Source: Octopus bimaculoides (lineage: Eukaryota). Taken from it: a stretch of 64,000 nucleotides of DNA. Location: assembly GCF_001194135.2 (NCBI RefSeq), contig NC_068999.1, positions 51,444,855 through 51,508,854 of the forward strand, read 5' to 3'. A model generated the notes under the pieces. It was not told the origin of the DNA. It worked only from the letters and a program-made list of their open reading frames with translations, and did no database searches. Positions 1 through 13,153 of the stretch are shown here, one piece after another. The translations under genes were made by a program, and so were the position numbers. Each line of letters opens with the position of its first letter. The first letter of the stretch is position 1.

Positions 1-126
1 ATGTATGTATGCATGCATGTATCTATGTATGCATGTCTGTATGTATGTATGTATGTATGCATGTATGTATGCTTGCATGTATATATGTATGCATGTATAT
101 ATGTATGCATGTATATATGTATGTAT
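1..126. repeat. Degenerate (ATGT/ATGC)n microsatellite
   Basis: Direct reading: atgtatgtatgcatgcatgt... Confidence 0.9.
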
Positions 127-475
127 CTTCATCAACTCTCTTCTGAAATGTTTTAAGAAATAATGTTAATGTTACAAATATACTTCTTAAAATATTAACA
201 TTTTACGATATATTCTCCATGGTGTTTCTCCCCTCTTCGATCTTTAAGCACATAGCTAAGAAATTCCTTAAGGAAATAAACATTTAATTCCAGAGAAATA
301 CAAATACATCGAGCGAATAAACAGACAATTGATGTCGATGTCTGGTAAAAGATTAAACTTCAACGCTGTCACATAGTGAATTAATCCGAAATTTTCTTCC
401 TAAGAGATTCCAAACAAAATATACTTCAAGCATTAGCGGTGTGTATTGAAAAGTACGGCGCTTGTGTTTGACATG

Positions 476-932
<457 letters not shown>

Positions 933-1831
933 NNNNNNNNNNNNNNNNNNNNNNNNNNNNNNNNNNNNNNNNNNNNNNNNNNNNNNNNNNNNNNNNNNNN
1001 NNNNNNNNNNNNNNNNNNNNNNNNNNNNNNNNNNNNNNNNNNNNNNNNNNNNNNNNNNNNNNNNNNNNNNNNNNNNNNNNNNNNNNNNNNNNNNNNNNNN
1101 NNNNNNNNNNNNNNNNNNNNNNNNNNNNNNNNNNNNNNNNNNNNNNNNNNNNNNNNNNNNNNNNNNNNNNNATATATATATATATATAACACGTTGTGTA
1201 TGTGTTATTGTACAGTCAAATAAAATCACTATCAATCATATGGCACTCTGCTAAGGTAAATCAAAGGAATATTTGTGGACATAAACCTACAGTCTTTGAT
1301 TTGGATATTCTTCCTCGATGTTGATTACGTCTCGCTCGAGAAAAATATTCCCTCGGTAATTGATTAAGTTCAACATTTTCATTTAATAAATGTACATGAG
1401 AATGTAAGAGCACTCGTACGCGTGAGAGCGTCCGCTTGTATGTCAGCCAATGTCCGTGTATGAGCCTTCGTCTCTACGTACTAATGTGTTTTTGTGCTTG
1501 AGTGCATGTATCTTTGTATATGTGTACGTACAGAAATTTAACACTGTAAAATCATCCGAAAATAATAGTTTGAGTGAGTGTATATTATGTATGTAGGTAG
1601 GTAGGTATATACGTATTTAATGCATGTGTGTGTCTGTATTAATATACGTATATACATATATACGGACTAATGCATGTAGATGCAATGTATGAGCCCGTCT
1701 GTATCTGTGCAAGTTTATAAATATTCATATACATAATATTTATTAGCGACAGAGACAGTATTAATACCGTGTGATAATATTTATTATTTCCACTTATCTC
1801 AATATGGATATGTTAGAGCGACAACATGCAA

Positions 1832-2171
1832 GATGATGCATGATTCAGTGGTTAGAGCGTTGGCTCACAATCGATTACCGTTCCGGCCTGTGTATTGTGT
1901 TCTTGAGCAGAGCACCTTTTGTTTTCTTTTTACTTTTTATTTCACGTTGCTCCAGTTCACTAAGCTGTAGAAATGATTTGCGACGCCACTGGTGCCAAGC
2001 TATTTCGGCCTTTGTTTTCCCTTGGATAACATCGTTAGCGAGGATAGGAGAGGCTGGGATGCATGGGTGACTACTGGTTTTCCATAAACGACCTTGCCCG
2101 AATTTGTTTCTCGAGGGTAATTTTCTAGGTGCAATCGCGTGGGCATTCATGAGCGAAGGGGATCTTCACCC
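1832..2171 (+). mobile_element. tRNA-derived SINE, family B (CORE-like central domain)
   Basis: A-box-like cagtggttagagcg; tgtgttcttgagca...tatttcacgttgctccagttcac block recurs at 3446, 41576, 46499, 58400. Confidence 0.8.
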
Positions 2172-2239
2172 ATTTTTTTTTTACTTTAGATGGTTAATAC
2201 ATATATCCATATACGATAGTGTATTGATTATCTGCATAC

Positions 2240-2520
2240 ATTGCCGTCTCCCCAAAACATGTACCGAGAGTGATAAAAATCAAACAATCAGTGAACATCA
2301 TGGTGTTTAGAGTGATCGCTAGTGATGGTGACGTCATCCTTCCATTCATCTTCTAACACGGTCTCATTCATCTTCTAGCCCTACATCAAGTGCCTGGAGG
2401 AGGTAGTGCTGCAACGGCGATTTCATTGAATAAATTTCCTTTTTAGTATTTCAAGATATGTTCGTGTAATTTTGGTAAATATTTCTGTTAAAATGAGACT
2501 TCAGTGTTGTTTTCATTACA
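2240..2520 (+). mobile_element. Internally deleted Tc1/mariner transposase remnant (DD37D/maT-like)
   Basis: Manual translation IAVSPKHVPRVIKIKQSVNIMVFRVIASDGDVILPFIF*HGL, frameshift, YIKCLEEVVL, then NGDFIE*; matches the catalytic-domain motif pattern and C-terminus of Tc1/mariner transposases. Confidence 0.75.
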
Positions 2521-3445
2521 AATACATATATATATATATATATATATATACATAGGGTGTGGTGAATATATATATATATANNNNNNNNNNNNNNNNNNNN
2601 NNNNNNNNNNNNNNNNNNNNNNNNNNNNNNNNNNNNNNNNNNNNNNNNNNNNNNNNNNNNNNNNNNNNNNNNNNNNNNNNNNNNNNNNNNNNNNNNNNNN
2701 NNNNNNNNNNNNNNNNNNNNNNNNNNNNNNNNNNNNNNNNNNNNNNNNNNNNNNNNNNNNNNNNNNNNNNNNNNNNNNNNNNNNNNNNNNNNNNNNNNNN
2801 NNNNNNNNNNNNNNNNNNNNNNNNNNNNNNNNNNNNNNNNNNNNNNNNNNNNNNNNNNNNNNNNNNNNNNNNNNNNNNNNNNNNNNNNNNNNNNNNNNNN
2901 NNNNNNNNNNNNNNNNNNNNNNNNNNNNNNNNNNNNNNNNNNNNNNNNNNNNNNNNNNNNNNNNNNNNNNNNNNNNNNNNNNNNNNNNNNNNNNNNNNNN
3001 NNNNNNNNNNNNNNNNNNNNNNNNNNNNNNNNNNNNNNNNNNNNNNNNNNNNNNNNNNNNNNNNNNNNNNNNNNNNNNNNNNNNNNNNNNNNNNNNNNNN
3101 NNNNNNNNNNNNNNNNNNNNNNNNNNNNNNNNNNNNNNNNNNNNNNNNNNNNNNNNNNNNNNNNNNNNNNNNNNNNNNNNNNNNNNNNNNNNNNNNNNNN
3201 NNNNNNNNNNNNNNNNNNNNNNNNNNNNNNNNNNNNNNNNNNNNNNNNNNNNNNNNNNNNNNNNNNNNNNNNNNNNNNNNNNNNNNNNNNNNNNNNNNNN
3301 NNNNNNNNNNNNNNNNNNNNNNNNNNNNNNNNNNNNNNNNNNNNNNNNNNNNNNNNNNNNNNNNNNNNNNNNNNNNNNNNNNNNNNNNNNNNNNNNNNNN
3401 NNNNNNNNNNNNNNNNNNNNNNNNNNNATATATATATATATATAA

Positions 3446-3742
3446 GTGAAGGCGCATAATTCAGTGGCTAAAGAGACTAGCTTACGATCGTGAGATTGTG
3501 TTTCGATTCCCGCACCGGGCTGCGTGTTGTGTTCTTGAGCAAGGCACTTTATGTCACGTGGCTCCACTTCACGTCACTGGTGGCATGGAAAGAGGGGCGC
3601 TGATATTCATGGTCGACTGCTGGTCTTCCATAAAAACAACCCTGAGTCATGCATGCGCCGGTGAGGCGACTTTCGGACCAGACTTGTACCCCGGAGGGGA
3701 ACCTCTCAGGTCCATCCATGGTCATTCCTGACCGACGGAGTC
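3446..3742 (+). mobile_element. tRNA-derived SINE, family B
   Basis: Starts GTGAAGGCGCAT; B-box-like gtttcgattcc; gttgtgttcttgagcaaggcactt; 3' ggtcattcctgaccga resembles the end of the 1832 copy. Confidence 0.85.
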
Positions 3743-4195
3743 CAGAGTATGAATATATATATATATATATATATATATAGATATATAGATATATACGTAT
3801 ATACCGATATATGTTTATATGTACATATTTATGTAAATATTTGTCTGTGTTTATGTGTGTGTACAGATATAGGTCTCAATATGTATATAAATACATACAT
3901 ATACATTATATTATTTTATTCTATAACATTATAATATATATGAATATACGTGAATAGTTTATTCATACACTCTACCTCTTAATATATCATGATGCAAGCT
4001 AATAAGTGTATACATAATTGTTTCAAGTTTGTTGGTTGTGTCCAAAGCAAAACTACTTCTATAAAATCAGACGCTTTATTGACGTCTGCACTATAAAAAT
4101 AATTTTCATATAAAAATTAATAAATAGCGAACATTAATATCAACAATATACATAGTAAATATTTTTAACTATTGCCCCGTCGATTATGTGTGTGT

Positions 4196-4231
<36 letters not shown>

Positions 4232-4241
4232 NNNNNNNNNN

Positions 4242-4286
<45 letters not shown>

Positions 4287-4679
4287 TGTGTTTGTAGGGA
4301 GGGGTGAGTTAACCAAAAGCAACTCAAATGTTCCTAATGTTTAAGGATGTTGTATCATTTGAATCCGACCTCTTAAGCCATGATACGCAACGTTAATTTC
4401 CATAAGCACGCCAATATTTTCGAAAACTAAACTTAAATCTGATATTAAAAGCATTTAGGAATTATTAAAGAAGCAATATTTCGAGATAAAACTAAAACTT
4501 TTTTGAAATAAAAAAAAAGACAGAAAGTAGAAACAATTTCTGTGTAAGGCCATTAACCAAAATTGTATTAAGACTTGTGTAGAAACATTTAATAAAATAT
4601 ATTCTGAAATTGATATCATTTTAAATTTCCAATGTCTGAAATTCTAATGCATAAGCATAAATTTGTAGGAGGAATATAA

Positions 4680-4990
4680 TCCACAACCTTAGATTAGACA
4701 ATAGGTACTTTTTGAGCCTTACCTCAGTATCCATCCTAATTTTGCTGCGCTGACCCCTATGATTCTTTGATGGAAAGCTTTCTTCTTGAATTGACACCGA
4801 TGCTCCTTTAAATTTTGCCTTTTATTAGGTAGAGGTATTAGCCCTGCACAAACCCTTTTTCACTTCTGAGAAGTGGTCCATATTAGTCTGGCCTTACACT
4901 TTAATCTGCCAGACATGGGAGGCTCTACCAGTAGCTTGCACCCATCTGGCATAGCTCTCAGAGACATTGAGGCACACAAGCTACTGTAAG
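4680..4990 (-). mobile_element. Probable RTE-clade LINE 5' region fragment
   Basis: Minus strand gagagctatgccag...agctactggtagagcctcccatgtctggcag...gccagac...gggctaatacc resembles the segment preceding the ORF in RTE elements (recollection, not searched). Confidence 0.55.
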
Positions 4991-6191
4991 GACTGGACAT
5001 TGGTGGGTTGAATTCCAATATTTTACCAGGACATATTCTACTGCTCTTAAACGGATAGTAGATAAGGTGGATTTCAACAGATTTGATCTCAAAAGTTTTA
5101 GGAATGAAACTAAACATAGTAATGCATGCATCTTATCGGTGTTCGAAAGTAACTCGGCTATTTCTACCTCCTTAAAATAAACAAATATTTTAAAGCAATA
5201 AGAAACTATGTAAGATAAAAGAAAAATGCATTGAGAACTCAAATAAGCCTTGCCTAATTTGTACAACAAATCTTTTGTCGTCTTGTATAAGCTTGTATTA
5301 TTTTATTCATTATTTATGTTTTGCTTTATTTTATTTATTTTATATTTCTACTGTGAGGTGTCGTATTTTGTCTTCTCTTTAATTCTCCATTTCGTGAAAA
5401 TGAATTCAAGGTTACTAATCGATTATGTCCCCCTCGCTTATATTTTGTGTTTATATTCCAACACCAAGTCCAACGCATCGATTGAGCCTATTTACGCTGC
5501 TACACAGAAGCAGCCATTGGATTATTATAACGCCCACTGAATAATAATAGTAATACGACGCTATGCCTTGTTGTTCTGTTAACATGACGTTTTTCTTTTG
5601 TGGAGGTAAGAAAGCTATAAAACCCAATTATTATTATTATTTAGACAGCCTCAAAAGATGGAAGATTTCCCCTCTTTTTATATATACATACATATATATA
5701 TATATATATTTCTTCACTTGTTTCCGTATCCTTTAAACTATGTATTTATTATTATAATATCAAAAGATATACAAGACACAACCAGCTCTTATTATTCCGA
5801 TAGATTTATAAAAGGAGGGAAAAAAAGGGAAAAATGGAAAGAATGAACATAAGAGGCGAAGAATGGAAAAGGAGAAAGAAAAGGCTGCATCAGATTTATT
5901 TTCAGAATCATTTTATTTTCAACACAAATATCTGTCAATAGCTAAGAGAAGAAAAGATAAAATTAAGAAACTATTTTCGCGCTGTGATGGAAAACATTTC
6001 ATTTGTATCGTTGGCAATCTATCCGAGAACACCCGGAGTCTAACACGCGAATCTTACAAAAGAAAACCAGGGGAAACAATCGTTATAACAATTTCACGTT
6101 ATGATTTTTCTTCGTAATTTTCTCATTTTTCTTTACTTTTCTTTCTTTTCTTTACCCTTTCTTTTCCCTTTTCAACCTCTTTTTCTCTCTT

Positions 6192-6229
<38 letters not shown>

Positions 6230-6996
6230 GCACGCACACAGAGAAAGTGAGAGACACAGACAGAGATGTAGAGATGGATAGACAGAGAGACCTGAATGTA
6301 TATGTGTGTGTGTGTGTGTGATTATGTATGTATATACATGTATATGTGTGAATGTAAGCACGTAAGCATGTACGTATGTATTTGTATATGTATAAATGCC
6401 AATGTTTACTAAGCCAGATCACAATGATGTAAAATAAAGATTTTTCTAAGGCTGCAGGAGAAAGAAATAATTTGGAAAAATTATCGAAAATATTTTTATA
6501 TATTTTGAGGCATGATGGAAATCAAACAATGATAGGTTCTAAAATAAAATGTCAATCTCATTGTCAAATATGACGAATGGCAAAAGCCATAAATCTCCCG
6601 AAGAGATACGATGTAAGTAATTTTCTTTCTTTTTCTTTTGTTTTCTTTTTTTCTATTTCTCTTTCTACTTTTCCGCTACGTTGTGAGTCCAACTATCTAT
6701 CTATCTATCTATCTATCTATGCATATATGGGTAAAGGACGTCACAAACCGTAAACATGAAATACGGAAACAAATGAGTTGATACGCAAACAACGAGACAA
6801 ACAAATGAAAAACAGGACTAGTAACATAAAGAACGACACTTCATCAGTTGTCGGCTGTCTATCTACCCCTCATTTTGAGCATTGAACGAGGCTCAGAGTT
6901 GTAGGCAAGTGGGGGCCGGAGAAACATAAGCCCGCTCATTACAATAATTGTTACTTTTTGACAGAAGACCAGTAATTTCGAAGAGGAAGTGAATCG

Positions 6997-7087
6997 ATTG
7001 CATAGACCCCCAGTGCTCAATTGGTACTTATTTTATCGCCCTTGAAAGGATGAAAGGCAAAGTCGACCTTGGTGGAATTTGAACCTA
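6997..7087 (-). mobile_element. SINE family A fragment
   Basis: gaaaggatgaaaggcaaagtcgacc...ggaatttgaac is the reverse complement of the family A body. Confidence 0.85.
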
Positions 7088-7099
7088 ATGCTCCAAGTA

Positions 7100-7235
7100 C
7101 AAATTCCGCTGAGATCGATTTTGCTTTTCATCCTTTTCGGGCTCAATAAAAGAAGTACCAGTTGAGCCATGGGGTCGATGAAATCGACTTATCCCCTCCC
7201 CCAAACTTGCTGGCCTTGTGGTAAAATTTGAAACC
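7100..7235 (+). mobile_element. SINE family A, 5'-truncated
   Basis: caaattccgc...ttcatccttttcggg...gtaccagttg...ggggtcgatgaaatcgact...aaatttgaaacc. Confidence 0.85.
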
Positions 7236-7236
7236 A

Positions 7237-7450
7237 AAGGCGGTGAGCTGATAGAGTCGTTAGCACGCCGATCAAAATGCTTATCGGCATTTCGTCCGTC
7301 ATTACGTTCTGAGTTCAAATTCCGCCAAGGTCGACTTTGCCTTTCGTCCGTTTCGGGGTCGATAAAATAAGTGCCAGTAGAAAAGTGGGGTCGATGTAAT
7401 CGACTTACACCCGCCCCCGAAATTCCTGACATTGAGTCAAAACTCAAAAC
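7237..7450 (+). mobile_element. SINE family A, full length
   Basis: aaggcggtgagctg head, B box gagttcaaattcc, central ggggtcgataaaataag, ggggtcgatgtaatcgact hairpin. Confidence 0.92.
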
Positions 7451-7598
7451 TACGTTATTAATAATTATTTCAAATTTTTTCCACAAGGGCAGCTGGGAGG
7501 AGGAATCAGTCGATTACATCGACCCCAGTTTTCAAGATTTGAAACTATTATTATCATCATCATTATCAACATCATTATCGTTGTTGTCGTCGTTGTTG

Positions 7599-7654
<56 letters not shown>

Positions 7655-7655
<1 letters not shown>

Positions 7656-7877
7656 AAGCGGCGAGCTGGCAGACTCGTTAGCATGCCGGACGAAATGCTT
7701 AGCGGTATTTCGCCCGTCACTCTGTTCTGAGTTCAAATTCCGCCGAGGTCATCTTTGCCTTTTATCCTTTCGGAGTCGATAAATTAAGTACCAGTTGAAC
7801 ACTGGGGTCGATGTAATTGACTGAAGCCCTCCACCCCAGCTCAAAAAATTGCTGGTCACGTGCTAAAATTTGAAATC
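7655..7877 (+). mobile_element. SINE family A, full length, preceded by (TAG)n
   Basis: gcggcgagctggcagactcgttag (A-box-like), gagttcaaattcc (B box), same body as the 7237 copy. Confidence 0.92.
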
Positions 7878-8204
7878 ATTACTATCAGCAGTAGCAGCAA
7901 CAGCATGAACCGTAGTAATAGCAGCACTGGCAGTAGTAGTAGTAGTAGTAGTAGTAGTAGTTGGCTACATCTCCCACAATTCCCAGCTAAAATCGCTCTG
8001 TATCTAGCATGAATAAAAAAAGTATGAAAGCAAAATAATATGAAAACAGAAAGGAGAAGAAAGAAAGAAAACAAATCTAAAATGTGATTCCTCTTTTTAG
8101 CAAACCTTCACCGGTCAGTCCTACCCGAACATAAATAACTGGCTCAATAAATAGATGTGTCTAATGGGAAAGCTATTTCATGATACATTGTATTTGAACA
8201 GTAC

Positions 8205-8292
<88 letters not shown>

Positions 8293-8700
8293 CGTGTGGC
8301 GGAGGCGGAGTGGAGACGGTCAGGTCATTAATGGCATTCATGAGGTGAAACATCTACCAATGTTGACAGAACTAAACTACGGTCACTGGAGACAGTTTTA
8401 CTTCTTTTTTTTCCCCCTAGAGGAGAAGAGACAACTCTTGCTAACCAATCAAACTTGGACCATGTAAACAGAGTGTTATTTGCTTTGTGTAAATAGTTTC
8501 ATATACAAAGTTTGCAGTAAGTTAAGTTCATAGAGAGAGAGATGGACTGCATAGAAACTGCAGGGTCGACAGTTCGTTCCTTGTCTCGAAGTCATATTAA
8601 CACTTATGCATTATCTGAAATTTCATCTCATTTACTTGAATGTATTAAGCTACAAAAAGATTTCAATTGATAGCAGAAGTCCTGCAGTTTTAGGGGCATA

Positions 8701-8843
8701 ACTTAGTCAATAACATCGACTCCAGTGTTTAACTGTTACATTATTTCACCGACCTAGGTACGAGGATAGGCAAAATTGATATCGGTGGTACTTGAATTCA
8801 AAATGTAATGTATTTATACAAACAATCCTGCCAGCTCACCTAC
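8701..8843 (-). mobile_element. SINE family A, degenerate and internally deleted
   Basis: catcgactccagtg...ggcaaaattgat...ctgccagctcacc. Confidence 0.65.
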
Positions 8844-8875
8844 TTCATTAAGCTATTAGTAAATGCATTTGATAG

Positions 8876-8974
8876 CGCTGGAAGTTGACAGAATCGTTAG
8901 AGCGCTAGGCAAAATATGCTAAGCGGCATTTCGTCCTTCTCGTTCTGAATTCAAATTCTGCCGAGGTCAACTTG
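8876..8974 (+). mobile_element. SINE family A head
   Basis: gacagaatcgttag...gcggcatttcgtc...gaattcaaattctgccgaggtcaactt. Confidence 0.85.
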
Positions 8975-9143
8975 GTCGATTGCATCGACCCCTGTATTCG
9001 ACTGGTACTTACTTCATCGACCCTCGAAAGGATGAAAGGCAAAGTCGACCTCGGCAGAATTTGAGCTCAGAACATGCAGACGGATGAAACACCGCTAAGC
9101 ATTCTTCCCAACTTGCAGACGATTTTGTCAGCTCACCTCCTAA
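8975..9143 (-). mobile_element. SINE family A
   Basis: gtcgattgcatcgacccc...gaaaggatgaaaggcaaagtcgacctcggcagaatttgagctcagaac...gtcagctcacc. Confidence 0.9.
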
Positions 9144-9346
9144 GCAATTTCTATAATATTCTTTTAGCCTTCATTTTTTTTAGTAATTTTTTTAATTTCT
9201 GTCTTCTTTCTCATTAATCATCCAGCTTTTCTACATTTCTTTGGACTTTTATTGTTTTTTCTTTGAATTTCTCTTTTTTTTCAAATATTCTATTTATCCA
9301 AGTACTATCGGTCTTTTTAACCAATCACAGCATTATTCCTCATTAA

Positions 9347-9533
<187 letters not shown>

Positions 9534-10236
9534 TCTCTATTGCAAAGCTTGAATGTTGAGAAAGATCGGTTCGGTTGGTGATCCTAACAATGAAGACCTA
9601 TTAATAAAGAAGTAATATTATTAATTAGAAATAGCGTGTGGTGAAGATAATTTCTGTGCCTCGGGTTACGGAACACTTCGAGAAGAAAAATATCGAAGAC
9701 ATCCTGAAGTGAACTTTACAAAAGCTATCTAAAAACACATTCAAATGTTATTCTATGGCAGATTCTATGACAATATTTAAGTATTTATATTAGCTCTATC
9801 AATACAGCTTCTTTCAAAATTAACTAGAAACTAATTGTATGATGTGTTATTTCTGGTAAACTTGTTAACAATGCAGCTCTGGTGATACAGAAGTGTGGAA
9901 AGAAAAAGCAATGACGAAACGGTTTATTCCTTCGGGCGTTCTGAATAAAGGTCTAACCGCATGCACACATACATACACATACACACACACACATTAACAC
10001 ATGCAATCATACTTAACATACAAAGAGATAAGTCTGTCAATACGTAGTACCCTACACATACATACACACACACACGCACATATATAGATATGTATGTATA
10101 CATGTGTGTGTACCAACGCATGCGCACAAAGTGGAGCAAGGGTGCTAAGTATGTAAAATTTATTTACTCGCTCGAAGCTACATCTTCACGCCACCGTTAC
10201 AGAGACTTTCTCGCTCAGGGCTGATCTTTCAGGTTA

Positions 10237-10279
<43 letters not shown>

Positions 10280-10874
10280 ACACACACACACACGCACACA
10301 CAAATACACACATACATGCACACATTTATATATAAATATACATCTTTGTTTGAATATGCAAAGGGAAAAATTAATCAATGTATGCGAAAGATTTTATTTA
10401 AACTAAGTTAAGGCTATAATCAGTTGCTATTTCGTGTTCCTGGTTTCCGTTCCTTGCAGCAACCGTGAGCAAGATAAACGGGAACCTTGGCACCGAGGAA
10501 GTAAAAATACTCCTGTTTCTGATTCTGGAAGCTTCTACAGCCTTATGAATATAAATGTTTAGCAGCAAAATAACTTTCTTATAAAACAAAAAGCCTTTCT
10601 GACTAAAACTAAGTTATGTAATTTCGTTACTTGTTATTTATAGATCTTTGAGGCAGGATTTAATATACTTCTTTTTCCGGATCTGTTTGTATTATCAGCA
10701 ACGGCAACAGAATCAGAAAGAGCAGTAGTAGCAACAGTAGCAGTAGCAGCGGCAGCAGTGTTATTGTCGTCATCGTAATCATCATCATCATCATCATCTA
10801 CATCCAGTCTTCTGCTTCTACTTTTAAGCCATTTAAGTAAATTCGCAGTAGAATCGCAAGTATATACCACGTGT

Positions 10875-10920
<46 letters not shown>

Positions 10921-11297
10921 ATCTAGCAACGGTAGAGTGAATTATTCTCTCTCTCTATCTCACTTGCTCTCTCTCTCTCTCTCTCTCACGCACACACACA
11001 CACACACACACTTATACACACATACATATACACACGCAAATGAGATATACACAGACAGACAGACAGACAGACGGAGGAATACATAGATTCACAGACATAT
11101 GTCTGAAGGTGCATATAAAGATAGATTAATAGATATGTATATGTGTGATAAATAGGTAGACAGATACATACATATATCCACATATACATACAAGCATATC
11201 TTCATGCATGTAAAGCTCATTTAAGTGTGTGTGTGTGTGGGTGTCGGGGTGTATGTTTGTATGCCTATGTGTGATACACGTGCGGATAAATACGTAT

Positions 11298-11353
<56 letters not shown>

Positions 11354-11363
11354 NNNNNNNNNN

Positions 11364-11442
<79 letters not shown>

Positions 11443-12366
11443 TGCCGACAGGCATAGTGCCAAATCGTTATGATCGAACGTTTTCCTGTTGTCTTTTGAA
11501 TTCGATGTCTGTAATTGTATCCTAAAGGTCAAAGGCATCACATCTACTAGCGACTAAATATTGCTGCTCAGAGCGTCACTGCAGTCTTTTATTGGCCGCG
11601 TGTTCTTTGGACAACTGGCTCTAGACAGTCTAAAGACATGGAGTTGTTCTTCAATGAGCCAGCGGGTTTACTTTTCTGACAAGATTATGACCATCAATAA
11701 CAAATTACTAACAAAGTAAGTGCTTTTAGTAGAATGCAAATGTAATTTGGTTTTGATTCTAAACGAACTTAACTGCCATTTTATCAAATAATCGAAAGTT
11801 TTATAGTGAAGGATTTAATAGATTTCTCAATTAGCTTCTCAGAGGAGGAGAACTGGAAAAGCCAAACTGCGGTCATTGAATTTGACCGACAGTAATAAAA
11901 CAAAGAAGTCGTTATATTTAGTGAGGGAGGGGGTGAGAAGATGATGAGAGAGAGTGAGAGGGAGAGAGAGATAGACAGAGGGAAAGAGAGGAAGAGATGG
12001 AGTGAAAGAAAGTGTGAGAGTGAGGCTGGTAAATAGAGGAAGAGGAAGTAAGAAACATGAGGGCAAGAATGAAGGCGCGAATGAATGAATTAATTGGAGG
12101 CAAAAAAAAAATATAAGGAAAGAAGGAAAGAAAGAAAGAAAGAAACAGACAATAGAAAAGAAACAAAAGATAAAGACAGTAAAAAAGGAGAGAAAAAGAA
12201 AAGAAACAAACAACAGAAAGAAAGAATAGAAAATAAAACAAAAGATAAAGGCAAAAAAAAAAGAGAAAAAGAAAGGAAGAAAGAAAGAAAACAAGCTGAC
12301 GGTTTTTCAGTGATACAATGGAATTTGAAACCAATCTCTCTGCAATATCAAGGAATGACGTGAAAT

Positions 12367-12582
12367 ATTGATTTCAAATTTAGACACAAGATCAGCAAGT
12401 TTTGAAGGATGGGGTAAGTTGATTGCATCAACCCCAGTGCGTAACTTGTACTTATTTCATCGGCCCGAAAGGATGAAAAGCAAAGTTAACCTCAGCAGAA
12501 TTTGAACTCAGAACGTGACAACGGACGAAATGCAGCTAAGCATTTCGCCCGACGTGCTAGCGCTTCTAAGAGCTCGACGCCT
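12367..12582 (-). mobile_element. SINE family A, full length
   Basis: gaaaggatgaaaagcaaagttaacctcagcagaatttgaactcagaac...gcatttcgcccgacgtgctag. Confidence 0.9.
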
Positions 12583-13112
12583 CAATGTCCTGAAATATTA
12601 GACGCAATCTCGTATGCACGATCGCAGTTATATCGCTTTTGGCAGAATTGGAGAGCCTATATGCCAAGATGATATGAAACTAGCCCGAGATGTAAAGAAT
12701 CTAAGAGTCTTTGATATGTCTTTGTAATTCTCATAGTAGTCTTTAGAATGTCAGTGTTGTAATCATACTGGCTTGGTAAGAATGAGATACTAAAAGTTGC
12801 TTTGTTGTGCGGCTATCTGCTCGATGCAATCATTTAAAATCAACAGTTGTCAATGAACCAGCTCATAAAGAGCAGGAAACGCCTTGCAACGGAGTGCATG
12901 TCACTTGATGTAAGAAAATTATGTTAGTATGACAAAGTTTGCAGTGAATGTATGATTGCATATTTGACCGCTTTTGGGTGTATTCTTTTTCCTCTGTAAT
13001 AACAGAACGGAGTAGTAATAGGTATATGGTTGTTTCTTATTTATCTATCAATAGATAGATTGATAGGTAGAACCTTTATATGTATATATATTTTTTTTAC
13101 ATACGCATTAAA

Positions 13113-13153
<41 letters not shown>

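Noticed and set aside
6830-6860. CTGATGA on the minus strand (also at about 52207)
   Set aside because: No stem II followed by GAAA; a type II arrangement at about 52200-52250 fails stem I pairing.
6997-7877. Regularly recurring ~200-bp repeats that could suggest a CRISPR-like array
   Set aside because: Dispersed SINE copies in mixed orientation; no short repeat/unique spacer pattern and no cas genes.
10460-10500. Possible 41-nt exon (ttccttgcag acceptor, gtaaaa donor)
   Set aside because: Weak donor, no recognisable peptide, no partner exons.
11900-12300. Lys/Arg/Glu-rich and Phe/Leu-rich ORFs
   Set aside because: Low-complexity purine tract.
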